DNA from: Bifidobacterium breve
Lineage (GTDB): Bacteria > Acidobacteriota > Vicinamibacteria > Vicinamibacterales > CAVVIG01
DNA length: 48,812 nt
Reading direction: 5' to 3'
NCBI GenBank assembly: GCA_943328785.2
Contig: CALQBJ020000002.1
Coordinates: 1 to 48,812, forward strand
The notes below the pieces were generated by a model. That model was not told where the DNA came from. It searched no databases and saw only the letters and a program-made list of their open reading frames with translations. Made by a program: the position numbers and the translations under genes. Positions 43,258-48,812 of the stretch are shown in pieces (within the stretch, counting starts at the first letter, position 1; each line of letters begins with the position of its first letter).

Positions 43258-44721
43258 ATGATTGCCTCGTATGTCCCGGTCTGGGGTCTGGCAGCGCCAC
43301 TCGCCAGGGCGCCAAATCCCTCTGCCAGTGCACGTCGCTGGCGCCGCCTCTCGCGCACGGTCGTCATGCTGCTTGCCTGCGCGGGCACGCCGGCATTCGC
43401 GCAGGAGCGGGTGTCGGACGAACTGCTGCTCCTGCGCATGCTGCTCGCATCCGAACGCGCACGCGTCTAGGCGCTCGAGGAGGAACTTCGTGATCGGCGC
43501 GATGCCATCGAGACGTTGGCCGCGCGGGTCGAGGCCGCGGCCCGCGTGGCTGGTGTCGCTCCGGGGGCCGGGTTGGCATCCGCGCCGCCGGCCCAGCCGG
43601 CGAGTGCCGCATCCGCGGAGTGGCCGCGCTTCGACTTCTATGGCGAGACGCTCGTCCGCCTGGCAACGCTGCATCAGGGGAGCTGCGGTGGGTGTCCCGA
43701 TCGGACCATTGGGCGATTCTGGGTCCGTTTCGGCGCAGACGGACGCCTCGCTCCTGGGCTGCGCGCGGTCTTCGGTGTCAGCACGGGCGAGCGCAACGAC
43801 CCGAACTCCGTCTACCAGACCTTTGGCGGGAGCCTCGGTCGCAAGGCGACCACCTTCGACCGGGCCTACCTGGTCTACGCCCCGACGCGTGCGCCATGGG
43901 TGGAACTGTCCGCGGGCAAGTTCCCCTATCCGTGGGTGCGGTCGTCGATGACCTTCGACGTCGACTTCTTCCCGGAAGGTGCAAGCGAGCGGGTGAGTGT
44001 CAACCTGTCGCGCGCGGGCGTTCTCCGGCAACTGTCGGCCCAGGCGCTGCAGGTCGTCGTCAACGAACAGGCGGCAGGGGCTGACATGCTGCTGCTCGGC
44101 GGGCAGTCGACCGCCACCGTGCGCTTCGGGCCGCGACTGACAACCCGCGCGGTCGGCACCTTCTTCAACGTGACGCAGCCGGATCTGATCCTCCGCACGC
44201 AGCTCGATGGCACCAACGTCGGTGTTCGCAACACCAATGCGCTGCTGGGCACTGCCGGCGGTGGCTCGCGTTACCTGTCAGCCTTCCGCTACGTGAACGT
44301 CATCGCCGAAAACACCGTGAGCACACCCTGGGTCTCGATGCCGGTCACCGCCACGATCGAACTGCACCGCAACGTGAAGGCGGCGACGGACCGCGACACG
44401 GCCGTGTCGCTGCGCATCGATGGCGGGCGCCTGCAACGTCCGCGGGATTGGGGGTTCGGCTGGCACGTCTTCCACGTGGAGCAGGACGCCATCGTGTCGG
44501 CGCTCGGCGAGAGCGACTGGCGCGCGCCGAGCAACGTGCTCCAGCACCGGTTCGCGTTCAGCTTCGTGGCGCAGGCGCACCTGCGAACGCACGTCACCTG
44601 GTATCGCGGGCGGACCCTCGATACGGCGCTGCCAGGCGCGCTCCGCGTTCCTTCGGCCGACCCGGGCTCGCGCGATCCCTGGGCCAACCGGCTGTACGTC
44701 GACGTCCAGTACCTGTTCTGA
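43258..44721 (+). pseudogene. Porin-like outer-membrane protein interrupted by a single in-frame TAG (43468-43470)
   Basis: Track ORFs 43258..43470 and 43516..44721 are in the same frame. The signal peptide (RTVVMLLACAGTPAFA) and the coiled coil run straight across the stop (LLASERARV*ALEEELRDRRDAIETLAARVEAAAR). The barrel part contains FDVDFFPEGASE and ends YVDVQYLF. Confidence 0.7.
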
Positions 44722-44775
44722 CCGAGGTCGCCGCCCGACAAGTTTGCACAAACGTCAGCGCGGCATGGGGGCCAC

Positions 44776-44797
44776 CGTTACAGGGCGGGCCTAGTCT
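44776..44797 (+). promoter_or_regulatory. CGTTACAGGGCGG 13-mer plus a -10-like TAGTCT upstream of the GT2-PHP operon
   Basis: The 13-mer is identical to 13907-13919. Geometry is TTACAG-N8-TAGTCT, with the ATG 8 nt downstream and no SD, suggesting a leaderless mRNA. Confidence 0.35.
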
Positions 44798-44805
44798 GGC
44801 TTCAG

Positions 44806-45555
44806 ATGCAGTCAGGAATCCGTCCGACGATCAGCGTGATTGTCTGCGCCTACAACGAAGCCGGATACGTGGCGGCGTGCCTCCACGCGGTCCTTGCCCA
44901 GACGCGACCGCCTGACGAGGTGATCGTCGTCGACAATGCCAGCTCGGACGGCACTGGCGACATCGCCCGCGCCATCCCCGGTGTACGGGTGGTGGTCGAG
45001 CCGTTGAAGGGGCTGGTGAACGCTCGCGAGACCGGCCGGATGGCAGCCCGCGGTGAGATCCTGGCCTACGTTGACGCCGACTGCCGGCCGCCGCTCTCGT
45101 GGCTCGAGCGAGTCGAACGCCGATTCGTGCGCAGACCGGCGCTGGTCGCCGTCACCGGCCCCTACCGCTTCTATGACTGGGACCGCGTCGGCCGCCTGTT
45201 GGTCAGGGCCTACGACGTGCTCGTTGCACCGCCGACCCACTGGGCCGTGCACCACGGGCTTGGCATCGGCGCCATTCTCTATGGCGGCAACTTCGCCGTC
45301 TCCCGCGACGCGCTCGCGCGCATCGGCGGCTTCGATCGCTCCATCGAGTTCCACGGCGAGGACACGAATCTTGGCCGGCGCCTGACGCCGATCGGGCAGG
45401 TGGACGTCGCGCGTGAGTGCTGGCTGTGGACATCGGCGCGGCGCTACCGCGCGTTGGGCAAGGCGACGGTCTTCTGGCTCTACGTTCGCAACTTCTGGTC
45501 GGAGACCCTGCGACACCGGCCCGCGGATCGCACGCACATCGACGTGAGGGCCTGA
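44806..45555 (+). CDS. GT2-family glycosyltransferase
   Basis: ISVIVCAYNEAGYV, VIVVDNASSDGT, YVDADC (DxD) and YGGNFAV are typical of the GT-A fold / GT2. Confidence 0.88.
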   Translation: MQSGIRPTISVIVCAYNEAGYVAACLHAVLAQTRPPDEVIVVDNASSDGTGDIARAIPGVRVVVEPLKGLVNARETGRMAARGEILAYVDADCRPPLSWLERVERRFVRRPALVAVTGPYRFYDWDRVGRLLVRAYDVLVAPPTHWAVHHGLGIGAILYGGNFAVSRDALARIGGFDRSIEFHGEDTNLGRRLTPIGQVDVARECWLWTSARRYRALGKATVFWLYVRNFWSETLRHRPADRTHIDVRA

Positions 45556-45557
45556 CC

Positions 45558-46304
45558 ATGCCGGGGTACGAGCCGTTCCTGCTCTGCGACTTCCATGTCC
45601 ACACCACGTGGAGCGACGGGCGCCTGTCGGTGCGCGAGGTCGTCGATCTCTACGGTCAGACCGGGCGTTTTGACGTCATTGCGATCACGGACCACATCCT
45701 GATGGAACGTGACCTGCTCGGGCGCGCCGGACGCCTGATGTCGCTCGGGCGGCGCCACTTCTCGGTGACGCAGGAGCGATTCGACGACTACCTGGCCGAC
45801 ATCGCGGCCGAGGCGGCGCGCGCCAGGAAGCTCTACGGGATGCTCGTGGTGCCAGGCGCCGAGATCACGCAGAACCGGCTGCGCAGCCGGAAGAACGCCC
45901 ACATCATCGCGCTGAACATCAAGCAGTGGATCAGTGCCGACCAATCGGCGCGCGAGATCCTCGAGGAAATCCGGCGGCAGGGCGCGTTCAGCATTGCGTG
46001 CCACCCGCATCATCGCACCACGCGTCGCATCGAGATCAGCACCTGCTTCCTCTGGGAGAACCGCAAGGACCTGGTGAGCCTGGTGGACGTCTGGGAGGCG
46101 GCGAACCGCGACGACCTGTTCTCGGTGACCAGCCTGAAGCACTATCCGTATGTCGCCAGCAGCGACTTCCACAAGGCCAAGCACCTCTATTCGTGGAAGA
46201 CGCTGCTGCGCTGTGAGAAGAACTGGGACGCGATCGCGGCGACCATGCGCGCGAACGTAGATATTGCGCTGACGCTGTATCGCAACGGCTCGTGGGCAGC
46301 GTGA
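45558..46304 (+). CDS. PHP-domain metal-dependent phosphoesterase (PHP2)
   Basis: CDFHVHTTWSDG, IAITDH, GAEIT, CHPHH and SSDFH. It starts 2 nt after the GT2 stop. Confidence 0.85.
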   Translation: MPGYEPFLLCDFHVHTTWSDGRLSVREVVDLYGQTGRFDVIAITDHILMERDLLGRAGRLMSLGRRHFSVTQERFDDYLADIAAEAARARKLYGMLVVPGAEITQNRLRSRKNAHIIALNIKQWISADQSAREILEEIRRQGAFSIACHPHHRTTRRIEISTCFLWENRKDLVSLVDVWEAANRDDLFSVTSLKHYPYVASSDFHKAKHLYSWKTLLRCEKNWDAIAATMRANVDIALTLYRNGSWAA

Positions 46305-46341
46305 CCGTAGCTGCCAGCGGCCAGGGACAAGGGACACGATC

Positions 46342-46587
46342 ATGAACACGCAGATACCAACCATCGACCACGACGCGGCCATCGTCCGCATTGCGGTGGA
46401 CTACATCGAAATGCCCGACCTGATAGTGACCGCCCGCCAAGCCGGACGACTGTGGAACATCCCGGCCGACGTGTGCGAGCGGGCACTGGCGGCGCTGGTC
46501 GAACGCGGGTTCCTGGTGCAGACGCGCGCCGGCGCGTTCCTGCGACGCACGTCCGGCGACGCCATGCCGCTGCCACAGGCGTCGTAG
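46342..46587 (+). CDS. Hypothetical small protein, possibly winged-helix-like
   Basis: 81 aa. LIVTARQAGRLWNIPADVCERALAALVERGFLVQTRAGAFLR resembles a wHTH recognition unit. High GC3. Confidence 0.5.
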   Translation: MNTQIPTIDHDAAIVRIAVDYIEMPDLIVTARQAGRLWNIPADVCERALAALVERGFLVQTRAGAFLRRTSGDAMPLPQAS

Positions 46588-46780
46588 TCGCCCTCATCGC
46601 CATTCCCCGCGGCGCCCTGGCGCAGTGGGTGAGCCGTGGGCGTCCCGCAGGGTCCGCATTGTGTTTTCATAAGCGCCGTTGATGTTTCGCAAACGTCGTC
46701 CGCGCGTTGCATCGCTGAAACTGTCGGCGGATATCGTCATCCTCGAGCGCCTGATGCGGGCGCTAAAGGAGATCGATTAC

Positions 46781-48812
46781 GTGTTCATCGACTGTGTGCC
46801 TCGCGCGTTCCGTGGGCTGGCAATGGCGGCCCTTGTTCTTCTCCTGATTCCGGCCTCTGCCCGCGCGGTCTTCGCGCAAAGCGGCACCGCCATGTCCGGC
46901 TCGGTCCTCGATCCTGACGGCAGAGCCGTGGTGGACGCGATCGTGCTCGTCCGCAACGAGGCCACTCAGGTCGTGAAGGCCACGACCACCGACGGTGACG
47001 GCCGGTTCACCTCGTCTGATCTGCAGGCGGGCACCTATGCCGTTGAACTCGCCATCCCGGGGTTCGACATCGTGCGCCGCAACGGCGTGGTGGTGGCCGC
47101 GGGCCAGCGCACGAACCTCCCGATCCAACTGACGGTCGCCAACGTCGCAGAGACCGTGACCGTGTCCGCCGCGCTGCCGCAGGCTGCCGTGGCTGCGCCG
47201 TCGCAGGGCTCGCTCACCGCGCGTTCCGCCCAGTCGCTCATCAGCAATGAGTACATCCGGAACTACACGTCGCCGTTCTCCGACTACAGCCAGGTGCTGC
47301 AGATGGCGCCAGGCACGTTCAGCACCAGTGCCAATGGCCCGGGTCTGGGTGACACCAAGACGTTCTTCCGTGGGTTCAAGGACGGCTACTACAGCATGTC
47401 GTTCGATGGGATTCCGTTCAACGACACCAACGACCCGACCCACCACTCGTGGGTGTTCTTCCCGGCGCAGACCATCGGCTCCACGGTGTTCGACCGCAGC
47501 CCCGGGTCGGCCGCGTCCATCGGGCCGTCGACCTTCGGCGGCTCGGTGAGCCTGCTCTCGCCCTCGCTCCCCTCACAGCAGACGGTGAGCGGAACGGTGT
47601 CGTTCGGGTCGTTCAACACGAAGCTGTACGACGCGCAGTTCGACTCCGGACGGATGGGGCCGAGCGGGAAGCTGCGGCTGCTGGTCGAAGGCCACCAGAT
47701 GACGTCCGATGGGTATCAGACGTTCAACTTCCAGGACCGCAAGGCGTTCCAGGCGAAGTTGCAGTACGCGGTCAGTGCCAACGTCGCGGTGACGGCGTTC
47801 ACCTCGGTGATGGACCTGCACAGCAACACGCCGAACCAGAAGGGCGCCACGCGGGCGCAGATCGCCCAGTACGGCGACAACTTCCTGATGAAGGACGACC
47901 CGACGTCGCCGCTCTACTACAAGTTCAACTTCTACCATATCCCCACGAACTTCGAGTACGTCGGTGTGCACGCGAACCTTGGCCACGGCTGGTCGCTCGA
48001 CAACAAGACCTACGGGATGCGGTACTACAACAAGCAGAACTACAACGGCACGACCACGATCTCGGCGACCAGCGCCACCGACAAGCTGAACTCGTACTGG
48101 AAGATGGGCAACTTCATCCCGGTGACGCATGCGTCCAACCTGGGCATCTTCAAGGCCGGACTCTGGTCCGAGTACGCGTCGAGCGACCGCTACCAGACGC
48201 CGTCAGACCCGCGTAGCTGGGTGAACGCCGCGCTGCCGAACTTCCACGAAAGCTACATCACGACGACCTACCAGCCCTACGCGGAGTTCCAATTCCGGCT
48301 GCGCGACAACCTGTCGGTCACGCCCGGCGTGAAATACGCACGCTACAAGCAGGACTTCACGCAGTTTGCCGACAACGGCAAGGTGGTCGGGAACCTGGGC
48401 GGTGCGCAGTCGATCCGGCACGACGTCACCTACGACTCGTGGCTGCCGTCGTTCGACGTGCACTACCTGGCGCAGCCCTACTGGTCGATGTACGCGCAGT
48501 ACGGCAAGGGGCAGAACATCCCGCCGACCAGCATCTTCGACGTGAAGGGTGCGCTCGTCGGCACGCTGCCGAAGCCGACGCTCACCGACACCGTGCAGTT
48601 TGGATCGGTGTGGAAGTCGCGCCGGGCGACCTTCGATGTCGACGTCTACCGTGTCGCATTCCAGAACGACTACTCGTCCAATCTCGACCCGGTCACCGGC
48701 ATGACGCAGTACGTCCTCAACGGCAAAGCGAAGACGCAGGGCGTTGAAGCCGAGAGCACCGTGCTGCTTGGCGGTGGACTCGCGGTCTACCTGAATGCCA
48801 CGAAGGGCAGCG
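46781..48812 (+). CDS. TonB-dependent receptor with carboxypeptidase-regulatory-like domain, 3'-truncated by the window end (TBDR4)
   Basis: Not in the ORF track because it has no stop. My own translation in this frame is open to the last base. GTG at 46781 is preceded by AAGGAG with a 9-nt spacer. Signal peptide ...AMAALVLLLIPASARA, then MSGSVLDPDGRAVVDAIVLV...GDGRFTSSDLQAGTYAV. Plug region (KTFFRGFKDGYYSMSFDGIPFND) and barrel (…TQGVEAESTVLLGGGLAVYLNATKGS). Alternative starts at 46682 and 46823. Confidence 0.88.
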   Translation, partial: MFIDCVPRAFRGLAMAALVLLLIPASARAVFAQSGTAMSGSVLDPDGRAVVDAIVLVRNEATQVVKATTTDGDGRFTSSDLQAGTYAVELAIPGFDIVRRNGVVVAAGQRTNLPIQLTVANVAETVTVSAALPQAAVAAPSQGSLTARSAQSLISNEYIRNYTSPFSDYSQVLQMAPGTFSTSANGPGLGDTKTFFRGFKDGYYSMSFDGIPFNDTNDPTHHSWVFFPAQTIGSTVFDRSPGSAASIGPSTFGGSVSLLSPSLPSQQTVSGTVSFGSFNTKLYDAQFDSGRMGPSGKLRLLVEGHQMTSDGYQTFNFQDRKAFQAKLQYAVSANVAVTAFTSVMDLHSNTPNQKGATRAQIAQYGDNFLMKDDPTSPLYYKFNFYHIPTNFEYVGVHANLGHGWSLDNKTYGMRYYNKQNYNGTTTISATSATDKLNSYWKMGNFIPVTHASNLGIFKAGLWSEYASSDRYQTPSDPRSWVNAALPNFHESYITTTYQPYAEFQFRLRDNLSVTPGVKYARYKQDFTQFADNGKVVGNLGGAQSIRHDVTYDSWLPSFDVHYLAQPYWSMYAQYGKGQNIPPTSIFDVKGALVGTLPKPTLTDTVQFGSVWKSRRATFDVDVYRVAFQNDYSSNLDPVTGMTQYVLNGKAKTQGVEAESTVLLGGGLAVYLNATKGS

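Noticed and set aside
42679-44031. 450-aa minus-strand ORF opposite the secreted protein and porin genes
   Set aside because: Shadow-frame composition. The + strand frames carry signal peptides and barrel features.
46673-46822. In-frame upstream extension of TBDR4 from ATG 46682, containing a ParA-like string (EIDYVFIDCVP) in a lower-GC patch
   Set aside because: The motif order is not collinear with ParA/Soj proteins. The extension would bury the signal peptide 47 residues from the N-terminus. A strong AAGGAG precedes the GTG at 46781. This is most likely a leader or promoter region.

Overview
Very GC-rich, gene-dense bacterial chromosomal window with strong GC3 bias. Four large TonB-dependent receptors (about 950-980 aa where complete) carry N-terminal carboxypeptidase-regulatory-like domains. 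That points to Acidobacteriota or a related soil phylum, but this is inference only. The first ~11.5 kb is housekeeping: leuCD, an M4 metalloprotease plus outer-membrane barrel pair, bioBFDA flanked by small membrane proteins, an M28/glutaminyl-cyclase-like peptidase, gltA and yacG. From ~11.8 kb to the end the window is dominated by phosphorus-related genes spread over several operons:
- phoU-pstB, without pstSCA.
- A two-component system, then PepSY-TM, a TonB receptor, a purple-acid-phosphatase-like esterase and PIN-PhoH2.
- A PHP phosphoesterase with a GT4 glycosyltransferase, plus a decayed GT4 copy.
- Two divergent TonB receptors, one followed by an NPP-type phosphodiesterase.
- phoD, a DUF4097-like protein and an octaheme cytochrome c with HEAT/TPR repeats.
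- ppx, sixA and an orphan phoB-like regulator.
- A porin interrupted by an in-frame TAG.
- A second glycosyltransferase-PHP pair, and a fourth TonB receptor running off the window.
I found no rRNA, tRNA, CRISPR array or IS element. Many long ORFs in the six-frame track are antisense shadows of real genes. The fourth TonB receptor is absent from the track because it has no stop inside the window. The most interesting items are:
- The phoD/DUF4097/octaheme-cytochrome operon.
- The two PHP-glycosyltransferase pairs, possible non-orthologous analogues of PlcP-Agt lipid remodelling.
- The receptor-phosphoesterase loci.
- A recurrent CGTTAC-core promoter-region motif, including an identical 13-mer 31 kb apart.
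- The amber-interrupted porin.
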